A stretch of 64,000 nucleotides of DNA, from positions 2,928 to 66,927 of the forward strand of contig DF237240.1 in the NCBI GenBank assembly GCA_000708835.1. The letters are read 5' to 3'. The stretch is from Klebsormidium nitens. Its lineage: Eukaryota > Plantae > Klebsormidiophyceae. A program made the translations under genes and the position numbers. Below, piece by piece: positions 36,171 through 48,275 of the stretch (position 1 is the first letter of the stretch; each line of letters opens with the position of its first letter). The notes beneath the pieces were generated by a model. It did no database searches. It saw only the letters and a list, made by a program, of their open reading frames with translations, and was not told where the DNA came from.

Positions 36171-36718
36171 TAGTATGATGTAGCGGATCTGATGAGATGG
36201 GAGCATTTAATATGGCGGGGGTATGGCAGCAGACTCTGCATTCTTGACCTGAGAACTCTGAAGCCCGCCGTGCAGGAACTCGTCTTCTCAACCCAGCATT
36301 TCTCATGCAAGAAGCTCGCTTGCTCTTTCCTGTTGTATGTAGCCTCTGTTCGCTGGGAGCAAGGGGTTTTGCTCTTAGCATTTTAAGGTGCCTGAGTTAG
36401 GCTTTCGGTCAAGTTGTGAGCTGCTCTCAGATCTTGAGGAAGTTATACACTTTTTTTTTGTGAGGTTGCTGAGTTGAAGCTGCATGTTGGTTGCATCCCC
36501 TTGCTTCCAGTTGCTCGTTCCGCAGGAGGCTTCAGGGCAACCGCTTTTCAAGTATATTTAGAAGAAGTTCAGTCGGCAATATGGAGGGATGCTTGCGAGG
36601 AGCTCGGCCTTGTTTCTCTGAGCCCGACGTCCAATCCTGATAGCAGTGGATTCTGGAGCTGAACTGCGCCCATCTGTAACCCCTCACTCTTTCTTAGATT
36701 CCCTAGTTGCGGGGTACA

Positions 36719-39700
36719 ATGCTGCGCATCCTGAAAAAGGGCCTGGGCAAGGCAACGAAGCGGGACCCCCTCTCCGAGAAGGACCCCAAGAAGCAAGGGT
36801 CTAAAAAGCCTGCAAATGACGCGGCTGCAGACGAGATCTCGGCTCCAGGGCCATGGATGCAAGCAATGCGTGGCCCCCTCAGTGTGGATGAGCGACAAAG
36901 GCTGCTAGCAGAGCACAAGAAGGACATTGCGCTGGTGGATATTTTGAGCAGGATTGTGGACAGTGGTGCAGTGACGTCGGCGGCGATTCACACGCAGCAG
37001 GGCAAGAAGGGGCGGAATCAGGATGCAATGATCGTGTGGGAGGTACGGGTTTCGCTGCTGCATGTCACAATGCTGTGGCTTCTGCCAAAGATTTTGTACC
37101 GCCCCGGTCTTGAGATGCACTTTCCTCTCTCCTTACGCTTGTCCTTTTGTCCCTGTCTAAATTTTGTCTCAGGGCTTCGCAGTTCCTTGCGTTTGGCAAC
37201 CAGGCAAAACCTTCTTTCTTCTTGTTGGCTAATCTGCTGGTTGAAATGGTGGTTATAAACTTGACTCCTTGGCAGCATCAGACTCAAGATGCCATCTTTC
37301 AGGATGTGACAAGGTTTTTGATTGCAACCATCATTCACCGCCCTTGCTGCCATTTGTGTCCTTGCATCTATCCACTGAAAGCTTGCGAGGCTTTCTGAAC
37401 TCTTTCAGCAAGCATAATGCTCTGTAAGTCCTGTGAATGGTTCTCGACGCGCCCTGAGAACTTTCAGAAATTTTCAAGCTCAAGTTCAGTTTTTATCTCC
37501 ACTCCTTATTCTGTCAGAACACATTTGCAATTTCCAGTGGCAGAAGCTGTGCTAGTCATTAGGCCTTCACGCTACATCACTCTGTAAAAGATTTTCTGCT
37601 TGTGTTGGTGTAGGATAAGTTATCAGTTTCAATTAAAGGTGCAACCGGTTGAGATGCCGCACTTTCAGCCTCAATGCTGAGACCTCTTTGCTTGTCCGTG
37701 CATCATGCAAGAAAGCTGCAGCAGGTGAACTTGCGCTATGTCTATTGCCAAACAAAAGTAGTGGCTTGGGGGACGAAGTAGAAGCTTTGCGCAGTTAGAG
37801 AGACCTGTATTGTCTCTCGCCCTGTGTTGAAGAGCAGGGAGTTGGGGGGTGTTCAAAGATTCATGGAGACGTTTGACTTTCATTTTCGGAACGCCATTCT
37901 CCTACTGAGGTGGTGGAGGGGAGAGGATTTACGCAATGTCCTAGCATTGTGCACGGTCATGAAGTGAAACCCTAATATGTCCTAACCTTAAAACACTCCC
38001 TCCAGAAGTCGTGAGCAGCCTGCTCTCTGCTCTCAAGGTTTCGAATTGTGCACCTTTCATGCTTACAACCTTGTTTCATGGCGTCACAGCCTCTCCTGAA
38101 CTTTTTCGAAACTCTAATCCTTGTCTCAAGAGACGTGCCGCCAAACATCAATGGCAGTGTTCTTCAATTGGCAGGAAAGCAACGTTTCGGTGACTGTTCG
38201 CTTCCGGCGAGTCACCTCGCATGCAATTCTTCTTGCATCCAACCTCCCTTCACGCACATCCTTTCTGTCAAGGACCTTGTCGACTGAAGACTCCCGTGCG
38301 TCCATCTTCACTTCTGCTGCCTTTTCTGCCTTATGACGCAACTCAACCGGCCCTTCCATTTCTGCTGTGGCAGGAGTTTCTCAACCAGGAGCACACCACT
38401 TTCGCCGGCGTCTTTGACGGTCACGGCCCCTTTGGCCACCTCGTCGCAAAGCGCGTGCGCGACACTCTCCCCTCCCTCCTCTCCGACTACCTAGTCACAA
38501 TCCTAGACAAGGGGGACAAAGAGAATTCCCCGCTCCCCCCCGAAGAGCTTGAGCCGCTCGAGCTGACGCACCTGAAGGGCGCGTTCAAGGGCGCGTTCCT
38601 GGAGATGGACTCCGAGCTACGGAACCATCCGACGATCGACTCCTTCTGCAGCGGAACCACGGCCATCTGCGCCTTGCGGCATGTGAGCACGTCTCTGTAA
38701 CATCTTATTGCTTGTGAAAGTATCCATTCGTCATATGCACGTCTCTCTTTGTCATGATTGACATGCGCTGTGGGGCTGTGTGAGGCCGTTGCTCCTTCTT
38801 TGGATTTGCTGTATGTCATGTGTTCCTGCTCTTTGTCGTATCTTTATCTCAACCGGTCTTATATGTTGTATTGTCTTATATGTTATATGGTGCTCTAGGA
38901 GTGAAAGTTGCAGGGCGGAGTCTAGAAACTTAAGTATTAAATTGTGAAAAGCACGGAAAAGCTGTGGTGTAAACTTTTAAGGATATCAGGAACCTCAGCC
39001 GGTATGATCAGCCTTTGGCTGTGCTGATTGACTGTGGCAAGTAATCCGCCAGGAGAGTCCGGGAGGCGGTATAGTGTATAGAGTTTCGGCGATTTGAGTG
39101 CTATGCTCATGTTGACTACGATGTCCGGAAGGTTCAAGCTTAGCAAACTGCACAGGGGGTTGCTCTTCCTGACATCTAGATTGCATCGCAGCAACGTATG
39201 GAATACAGAAATGCAGTTTTGGGAGTACACTTGCCTTCACCTCCCTGTTGCAAGGTTCATTTGAAGTATTTCTCACCTGAATCTGGATCCGTCAACATTC
39301 AGGAGTCAGTCACGCACCCGTGCGTATTCTATCTCACTTGCTCACTTATGCTCACTTATGCGGTGCAGCACAATCACCTGTTTGTCTCCAACCTGGGCGA
39401 TTCGCGGCTAATCTTGGGCAGCCAAGGGCCTGACGGGAAGATTATTGCGACGCAGCTGTCAGTGGATCTGAAACCCGACCTACCAGGTTAGTTGGAAGTA
39501 ATCCATTTCTCGTGAGAATAAGGAAACCAACTTCGAAGAATAAGCCATCTAAACCAGGTTATGCGGGATTGGGTTCTGGTTATACTCTCACGGGAGCAGG
39601 CACAGCAGGCTCGGCATATTGACGGTGATACGTAAAGGGCCAAGAGTCGGTTTTGTGTTAGATTGCACAAACTTTGAAAAGCTTGCTTTGAAGGTGAGCT

Positions 39701-42058
39701 TCTCTTTTCGTGTATCTCGGTTCCCACTTGGCTGGCCCGTTGGGTCCAAAGATCACACAGCTTATTCGTGGCAACCTGTTTACTTTGCGCTTGGGGAAGT
39801 TTCGTCCGAGACTCCATGAAGCGAAGAAGATGATTTATTTGGCAATCTTCTGCGCATGGCCTCATGACGCGGCTCAGGGCTCGCATGTTTCTCACAATGA
39901 CGGGAATTGCGCCCTGATGCGTTAGGACGAGGACTATTGCTGACGCTGCTACTGGCCCGCCCCTGGAGAGGCAACATGAGCAGAAGCTGCCCCTCTTGTG
40001 ACCGTTCCAGGTTTTCCTTTGAACTTTCACAGGGCGCTTCCCGATGTATATTTCGAATGCCATTGTTCAATCGACCACAGTAATTCCGCCATCCCTAACG
40101 ACGCCGATTCGCGTCAGCGCCTACGGCTTTGCAGGATTACTTCCACGTCTGATGGACCAGCGTACTGTCTCCAGGCTTGTCGGCTGCGCCTTTCCTGAAG
40201 ACTTCCTCTTGACCGAGCGCATCCAGAACTTGCCCGCCACTAACTTCTTAAATTCCCTTTTTGCTGCCCACTCAATATTCATCTTTTCGTCTTATTCAGA
40301 CGAGAAACGTCGAATCCGCGCATCCAAGGGCCGCGTCTTTGCGCTTCCGGACGAGCCTGACGTGACACGTGTCTGGCTGCCGCACGAGGACACTCCGGGG
40401 CTCGCCATGGCACGTGCCTTCGGCGACCTGTGCCTCAAGGACTACGGCATCATCTCGGCGCCTGACGTCACGCACTATAAGCTGACGGACCAGGACAAGT
40501 TCATAGTTCTGGCGTCCGACGGGGTGAGCGCTCATTGGTTCAGATGGTTTTCGGCGGTCGAGTCGGTTGGCTTCCTTCTTCTTTCATTTGTGTGACCGAA
40601 GTTCCGGGCGGGGTGTTAGAGTTTGCTTTACTTCAGACCTGGGCACTGAGATTGGAAAACCCGTATTTCAGATTTTCGAAGTCCTCGAGGCAACCTGGTT
40701 GGGAGCACCATTTTTTGCGAGCGCCATAGGCCACAGGTGGCCTCCTCAACACTTCTCCAATTCATTAGACGGATTTCGCGAACAGCGCATTCGCCGGAAA
40801 AAATCGGTTCCCAAAGGTTCCTCGATAAGAAGCAAGGGAAGCGCATCACTCGCACATGAGATTGTGGTGTGGCTGACCGCAGGCCGACACTTTCTGTTCG
40901 TCACAGTCTTCCTAACCAATCCATATTACGGATGCTCTGGCTGTGCCTTACCTTCCTCCTCTCCTCCTCTGATCACATTCAAAATCTGATAGCGTCGGGC
41001 TGGTCTTCTGCTTTGGGACTTGCTGGAAAACCAGCACCTGCTCGTCAAGTCAATTTTCACGGGCCTTTGTATCCTCCAAAGGTCCGTTGCGGTTGTTTCT
41101 CGTTTGATAGTCGGGCTGCTCCCTGCCAGGTAAGGGACGTGTTGGAGAACCAGGAGGTGGTCCTTGTCAGTAGTGAAGACTTCTTGTATCTTGTTCACAG
41201 CTGAATGCTTGCAGAGGCTTACGTCTTGTTCGAAGTCAATGCCGCCCCCCCCTGCCAGGTGTGGGACGCGCTGGAGAACCAGAGGAGGTCCTTGTTAGCA
41301 CCACAGATTCTTGTTGTGCTGTCTATGAGGAAATGCCTGCAAACGCTAAGCCCTTGTTCAAAATCGATCCCCCCCGGTGCCAGGTGTGAAACATGTTGGA
41401 GAACAGGAGGGGGGCCTTGTTAGCACCACAGATTTCTTCCGTGCTGTCCATAAGTAAATGTAAACGTTCAAACCTTGTTCACATCGATCCCCCCCGGTGC
41501 CAGGTGTGGGACGTGTTGGAGAACCAGGAGGTGATACAGCTGGTCGCCTCGCTGGCCGCCCGCAAGGACGCCGCCAACCGCGTCATCCAGACCGCGGTGC
41601 GCACCTGGCGGGAAAAGTACCCGTTCTCCAAGACCGACGACTGCGCGTGCGTGGTCCTCTTCTTGGACGGGGGCATCGATGTCGAGGGCCCGCTCGTAAA
41701 AGTCGCAGCGGCGCAAGCAAAGCTGGGGGCGCCCAGCGCGCAAGCGAAGGTTGGGGCGCCCAACACGCAAGCAAAGGTGGGGTCACCTAACGGGGTGGGG
41801 GAACGTGGGCCGTCGTTAGCGGAAATGGGCCTGCTGGGGAAGAAGGCGGAAAAGGGGGAGAAGGGGGAGAAAGTTGGGGGAGAAAAGTCACCCCCGAAGG
41901 AGTTGCCGGAGGAGAGTTTGATAGCGCGGGCGGACAGCGTTGTGAATCTGTCGGCGGTGGTGCGGGCGATGGATGACGAAGCCCCTGCGGACGAGGACGG
42001 CGGGAGCGCTCTCGTGGCGCGGGCCGACTCGGTCACCACTATCACTAGGAAATTGTGA
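36719..42058 (+). CDS. Protein phosphatase 2C (plant clade E-like), 5 exons, 509 aa
   Basis: Exons 36719-37042, 38374-38682, 39369-39486, 40300-40523, 41504-42058. Motifs TQQGKKGRNQDAMIVWE, FAGVFDGHGPFGH, SGTTA, SNLGDSR, DLKPDLP, RVWLP..DTPGLAMARAFGDLCLKDYG, FIVLASDGVWDVL, KTDDCACV. Confidence 0.93.
41100..41535 (+). repeat. Tandem array (about 125-bp unit) duplicating the PP2C exon-5 acceptor and exon start
   Basis: TGCCAG|GTGTGGGACGTGTTGGAGAACCAGGAGG-like units with the AG at 41128-29, 41257-58, 41382-83 and the true acceptor at 41502-03. Confidence 0.9.
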
Positions 42059-43091
42059 TAGAGGTGACGAAGTTGTGAGGGGCGGAAAGCGGATTGTTCG
42101 CTGCAATCAAGCCATGATTGCCCAGTGAGCGCACTCGAGAGGCAACGCAGGTCCAAGCGGGCGCTTCGCATCAATAAACGTTGCAAATGCAGATTTATGT
42201 TCGACCAGAGTTGTGGCAGAACGTCAGTTGTAAATTTACACGCGTTGCTTCAAGACAAATATGTTAAGTACGGTACAGGTCTGCTAGGTTCGTCGGATTT
42301 ACAAGTGACTCCAGTCTTTTGACGTTCATACAAACTCAAGCTTTACAAGGAAGAGACACGTATACTTGATGCAACTCACTAGCCGCGCGTCTCAGTCTCA
42401 CACTGTGACAACCCTGCACGGTTTCTTGACGCGCATGCATTGTTACAGTACGTTATGCATAAGAAAATAGGGAGCTAAGAGCTCGCTCCAACCGTCATAT
42501 ATGAATAAGCAGCTAGCCTGGTGAATCATACACGTGATGGGGTCGCCGCGCGTATACTTAATGTGTAAGGCCGTCTAATTGACTCTTGAACTTAGACATA
42601 TGCGTATGCGTGCTATACGCTCGCGCATGAACAGGCCCGCTCAGCTATAGCTCCGACATGTTGCAGTGCACATGTTGGGCTCATGTACACGAGGCCGTCT
42701 CGATCAGCAATGATCACGACTCAGATCCTATATGCCATGTGTTGCGGCGGTATGTAGGAGCGGTAGCCAATGCAATCTCAGGCTGTCGGAAGGTGTCCGA
42801 CTCCGATTGAATCATACATGATGGTGCTGCTGCGCTTACGCGACCGCAGTCAGAAGCTTGATCGGCTCCAAAACGGATTAGTTTAAGACGGCTTGTCTCG
42901 AGCATCACGAATTGCGATCGAGAATCACGTCCGCCCCTCAGTCGCCTTGACACCTGCTCCGGTCATGCAATCGGACACTCAATATCGAGTCCGTTCCTCG
43001 TGAGCGACCGGACAAGTAGGAAGAGTGCCGACAACCAAAACCCCTGTACACCAATCAGGCAGTCTAGCACATCCCCCTCTGCAGGCGTTTC

Positions 43092-43660
43092 TCAATCTGG
43101 GCCTTGTTCGTGAGCATACCGATCAAGTAAGACCGGCACTAAGGAGACGGCTGCGAATACTACCGCTCCTGCACCAACGTATCGCATCGTTGCACTCTTC
43201 ACAACACGTTGTTTGAACCTCTTCTTCTGCATAAAACCACGAGCACAAAAGTAAGTGCCAACATTCTCAATACGCAACTTCAGCTTCTACGCAAGCCTCT
43301 GCAGACTTTCGGCAGATGCAAATCACTAGCTGCCGCGTGCTTTTCCTGATCTGACAATCTCCCGCTGTGACAAAGCTAAATCACAAACTCCCACTCTGTC
43401 AAAGCATTTCCACAACAATCGCTTTGAAAAGAATCGCTCCTGACACCAGACGTACTCCGCCACTGCGCAGCTTACCCGTGCCTTACAAGCATGCCAGACT
43501 CAACGAACGCAACTTAGCACGAGACTGAAACAAACGGCGAGAGGACATGCGCTGAGGATCAGGCAGGACGTAACTTACCTCTTGCGTTGCCACGTACTCC
43601 GAAATGGCCCCACTCGGTATCGACAGCTTGCCAGAGACCGGGCCTTCTACATAGGAGACC
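43092..43660 (-). CDS. 3' exons of a small uncharacterised gene, probably a C-terminal membrane-anchored protein
   Basis: Exons 43660-43579 (TTGTTCAG acceptor, GAG|GTAAG donor) and 43226-43092 (ATGCAG acceptor) give VSYVEGPVSGKLSIPSGAISEYVATQE-KKRFKQRVVKSATMRYVGAGAVVFAAVSLVPVLLDRYAHEQGPD*. The 5' exons and start are unresolved, and a second frame is also open. Confidence 0.45.
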
Positions 43661-44938
43661 CTGAACAAGGGGGAAAATGCTGTTCTCGGTAAGTGGATGC
43701 AGGTTCCAACAACTTTCTGACTTCTGTCCATTTCCAACTGTCGTCGCTCCCACTAAAAGCGTGCTCTAGCGACCCGCATAAGACGCTGTCGCGGTGTGCA
43801 CCTAGATCCCTTAAAAGCTTCGCAAACGAAGGCCGCTTGCCTGACTTGATGTTCACGGCTTGTCAGCACAGAAAAGACAGCATCTTTCATTTACCCAAGC
43901 GCAACTTCGAGCAACGTTTTAGGAAGGCTGAGCTATAATGCTTCTCGCCAAAGCTTGATGATAGAGGAAAGCCACAGCAGAGGCAGTATTGCACAGGCTC
44001 GTCTGCCGACCAACCCGGGCTAAACGTAACCGCATGAGAAGGTACGACTAGAACGACCAGTATGACTATGACGGTAAGCTGCGTCAGGAAAGCTGACACC
44101 TGGAGCAAGCCACCTGAAAGAGTCCACTAAGAAACTTTCGCGGGCAGCAGGCACTTGTCTTAAGCATCGAAGATCCAACAAACATGTGGAATACGAGGAG
44201 AAGAAAGATCTATCACCGGGAACTTTCGGCTGCTAACCAGGTCAATCACCAGCCTTGAGTTTCAGATTACTGGGAAAATGACCGGTCTTTAACTTTGTTT
44301 AAAGGCCAGACTTCGATACTGGACACAAAACCACTTTTCAACCAGCCCATAACGATCCAGGATTAACGGCAAGCAATTTCTGTGTATAAGCGGAAACATC
44401 CGACAGTGAGAGCTTACCTAATGGAAGTAAGGAAATTCTTGACTACTCTCTGGAGCGCTGCCGGCCTGCATAAGAACTCATAATATTATTCGGCTTGCCG
44501 ACTCCTCTCGACGCCCTTCCGAATTGCGTGATGCTCTCTGGGTTTAGGTATGAGAAGCTCAATATATGATAATGGGGCGGGTAGGGTTGGATTAGGGATT
44601 AGGGTGGGTTCGAAGCTGGTGATGACTCGGGTTAGGCTTTCGATATTGGCTTCGTTCTCAAAACACTTTGAGCCTACTATTGACTTTTTCAAGAAAATGA
44701 ATCTCGTGCTTTGACCTTGACTGAAACTGAAATCTGGAGATCGTGACAATGCCCGTCGTTGAACGAAACAAACGAACTAGCTTCGTGGCACATGATACTT
44801 GGTTCAGGAACGACCGACCGTCCTAACTTAGAAACGAAGACTCGATCAATGGAAAATTGGTGGGAAACGAAGCACTCTGGGGGCAGACAATGAAAAGCAG
44901 CTTGGCAAAGCGGTCTGCCGGCTCCGCCTAGGAAGAAG

Positions 44939-47557
44939 CTAAAGTGCGCAGGTGAAAAGGCGACAGGAGCTTCGACCAACTTGAACGCGTTCAACATGCT
45001 TGCGAGATTTGAACCGTTCAGTTGCCACGTAGGGGGATCTTGTCCTAACCAGGAAAAAAAAAGGACTCTCAGGATGCACGGGGTAAGCTGCTGGTACAGG
45101 GGTTCAAGGCTGTATGTTTCACGACCCTTTGCTCCGTATAGAAAGATTCGAAATGATGCTTTCTTTAGCACAAGCAGACTCTGGCTCAAGAACGGAATTG
45201 ACGAACCAGTCCAGACAGGAGGCGAGTCTCACCCGTTATTTTCTATGTGGATCGTCAGCCCAGGTTTCCGCTCCGCATCCTGTCGCGCGAGCGCCTCCAG
45301 CTTCGCGTAGACTTGTTGGCGAGTATTTTTAGCGGAATAACTTTGCAGGTCCAGAAGCCATTGGGACCCCCTCGGTGTCGGGTTTCTTCCCGTTGCTACC
45401 TTCTCGAGTCTCCGCCAAAACCCCTGACCTAGGCTCGAGTTCCCCACGCTGTGATCGAGAGCTTGGGCGTCCGTTTCTACGTGCCGAAAGGGCTCCCGCT
45501 CAACGTCCGTTTCATGGGGGTTCCTTAAGGAAGCGTTGTCCTGGAGGGGGGGTGTATCTGAGCTGGTGTCGGTTTCGCGGAAAGGTTCCAAAGGCTGGCG
45601 TGAGGAGCCGAGCTTTTGGGAGGCTCGCCGCTTAGCGCTTTTGGGCCTGGATGGTTCGAGTTTGGTGGAACTTAGCCATGCCTTCAGCGCTAAGCGAGTT
45701 GCGTCAACCCCTCCCTCCCCGGAATCTGCGAGCGGAACCCCAGCATCGGCGCCCTGTTTCTCTGGTATTGGAGCTGTGGGGACCTTCTGTTCAGATTCGC
45801 CTTCAACCCCTACTCTCGACTTTGAAACAATAGGGGGGCTAGAGCTCGCACACCCAGTCTCTGCTGGGGCTCTGACTCCCTTCCTGGCTTTGCCCAAACC
45901 CGGTTCTCGACCTGAAGAGCTTGCCTCCTCCCCGGACGTTCTGCGCTCTTTCAGATCCTTGGACTTTGCTGTCACTCCCGATCCATCTTCCCCGTTGCCT
46001 GGAGCCACTTCTCTATCTAAACCGCTTGCCTCTGTTCCAGACGCTCTGCGCTTTTTCGGTTCCTTCGACTTTGCATTTTCAGTAACTGGACGATCGCCCC
46101 GTTGGTGAGGCACATGCCCGCTGCCAGGCGCTGAGACCGCAGCAGACGCAATCATCTCGGAGAGCTCTTTGCAGATTGCTTGAGCTGCTGGATCCGAAAG
46201 AGTAGCAAACGGCCGCAGGGTTTCCTGGGTGACCCAGTTCGGCCGAACGCCTGCCGCTTTGAAAGCAGACCAAGCCTGAAGGGCCGCTTGCACGTCGCCC
46301 GCTTTGACACAGGCATGGAGCCAAGAGTTGTATGTATGGTAGAAAGCTGGGGAAGCGAGACAGATAAGGATGCTTAGGGCAAGACTTAAGAAGTTGCTGG
46401 CTAAAAAAGCCAGCTATATGGTCGCGGTGTTCACTTTTGCGCCTAGGGCAACTCATATCGGAAGGCAGCTAGGATATTATGTGGACAAGAAAGGGACAGG
46501 GGTCGATGCTTGTATGCAGGGAGTCAATCTGCAGGTGGAGAAACCTGTGGAAGAGCTGACTGTAACCTTACATTGACGCTCCTAGCTGCTCATGAAGTGG
46601 AAAGAAGGTTAAGATGCGTAAAGTTCAACAGCTGCATCATCAGCATTGTTTTCAGAAGGCAACGAGTGCAAAGGAAGACACTATTTCCTGCAGCAGTTCT
46701 GGCTGCACCAACCTCTGCTATACCCACGGGCTTTGCAAAGCATGGGCGACGTCGAGAACAGCACTGGTTGGGCTTGATTACTTCATTCGCTACATTAGAC
46801 TGTTGCGTCTCCAAGCTCATCAGACTCTTCGACGTTGGATTGAAAGGCTTAGTGCTGAACGCTTGCCTTGTAATGCAGGCCCGAATCATCCAAAACATGC
46901 AACTCGAAGGTGGTGTGACCAGGAAGATGTGGCAGGGGGCACGACTAAGTTCAGGGAACCACTCCAAGGAGCTGAAGAATCTGAACTAGAGGAGTTTTCA
47001 AGCCATAGCTTTCGATTGAACTCACGTTTTAATGATGCAGCTGGGATTTCCACAAGCACAATGTTGGCAGCCTCGTCCGGACGACTGTTTGCAACAAGTA
47101 TGCTGAAAGCTTCGTCTCGCTGCACACCTTCAGCAGCCATTCTGTCCAATACTCGCCGTGCCTCCGGCAAGTTCGCAGCGAAGATCCACGCCTTCATGAT
47201 GGCATGAAAGTGAGCTTTTGTGGGGAGGATCTTGTCTTCTCTCATCTCACAAAGCAGCTTTTCAGCTTCGAGTGGCAGCTTAGCTTTCCAAGCAACTCTC
47301 AGGCATACTGCGTAGGTCAAAGGATCAGGTGGTATCCCATGCAATCGCATCCTGCCGACGATCTCCTGGCACGTTTGCCACTTGACACGCCCCGGTATGA
47401 ACATAAGCCTCTCAATATCAAGCAGCACTTCATTGTAGAAACAGCGACTGTGTGGCCTCCCAGCTTGCTCGCGCTCACGCAGTGCTCTGTCTTTCAAATC
47501 CAGCTCAGCTCTCGCAGCAAAACTCTGAGGAGAGAGAGACCTCTTTTGCAAATCCAT
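44939..47557 (-). CDS. Pentatricopeptide-repeat protein with a possible SMR-like C-terminal domain, about 583 aa
   Basis: Exons 47557-47026 (AAAC|GTGAGT), 46346-45233 and 45044-44939, phases consistent. PPR motifs: PDPLTYAVCLRVAWKAKLPLEAEKLLCEMRE, PTKAHFHAIMKAW...EARRVLDRMAAEG, P-FYHTYNSWLHACVKAGDVQAALQAWSAFKAAGVRPN. WLLDLQSYSAKNTRQQV...LTIHI resembles the start of an SMR domain. Start codon and last exon are less certain. Confidence 0.75.
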
Positions 47558-48275
47558 GGCTGCATCTCAGAGAAAGTGTGGAACACCCTACCCCTAGCTC
47601 AATGCTGACGCTGCTGCTGCATGTCCAAATGCTTGGAAGACCTCTTCTTGAAGGGCATGGTTGTCAATGCTGGCAACAGACGGCTCTGATCCTGCCCATG
47701 GGAAGCTTGCCGATTCGATTCTTCATAATGGCACCCAATGGCACCCGGATATCTTAACATATCTGGTGCAGGATTTGTCAAACTAGTATGTTAATTGCGC
47801 AGGCTCTGATGAAAACAAACCGAAAGTGATATTATTCAACCCATTCTTTGGAGCCGCTTTCTAAGCAGATTTGTCGTATTTTTAAGATATATTGCTTCGA
47901 TTTAAAGAACTCGATGTTCAGCATTTCACATGGACCAAAAAATGAAGCATGAAGAAAGTCACTTGAGGAATTGGAAGGTTTAACTTTAAACAATGGAGGT
48001 GAATGGAGGGCATGCATTGCAATCTGCAGCGGTCGCAAGGCTCACTTCAAAGGAACGTTCAGATTGAATTTAGAAGAGATGCTTCCTGCAAGAATTGTAG
48101 TCACTGATTGCTTTCTGCGAAGGAGGTTGAAAGCTTGGCTTAACCTGCCATAGCGGTGGTGATTCCTTCTGCAGGATATCAAAGGCGCTCCTGCAATTGC
48201 CCCCTAAATCCCTTCGAATGTTCGGCATTTGCCGGTCATTCAATCATAAGTTGTATTAAAGATCAAAACTGCACC

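Noticed and set aside
41100-41535. CRISPR-like reading of the regularly spaced repeats (here and at 53419-54480)
   Set aside because: Eukaryotic introns; the units are degenerate copies of host exon junctions, the 'spacers' are partly homologous to each other, and there are no cas genes.
44689-45189. 166-aa minus-strand ORF as the PPR last exon
   Set aside because: Its frame is incompatible with the phase-2 donor at 45233 and the strong acceptor at 45045; the compatible frame ends at 44939.
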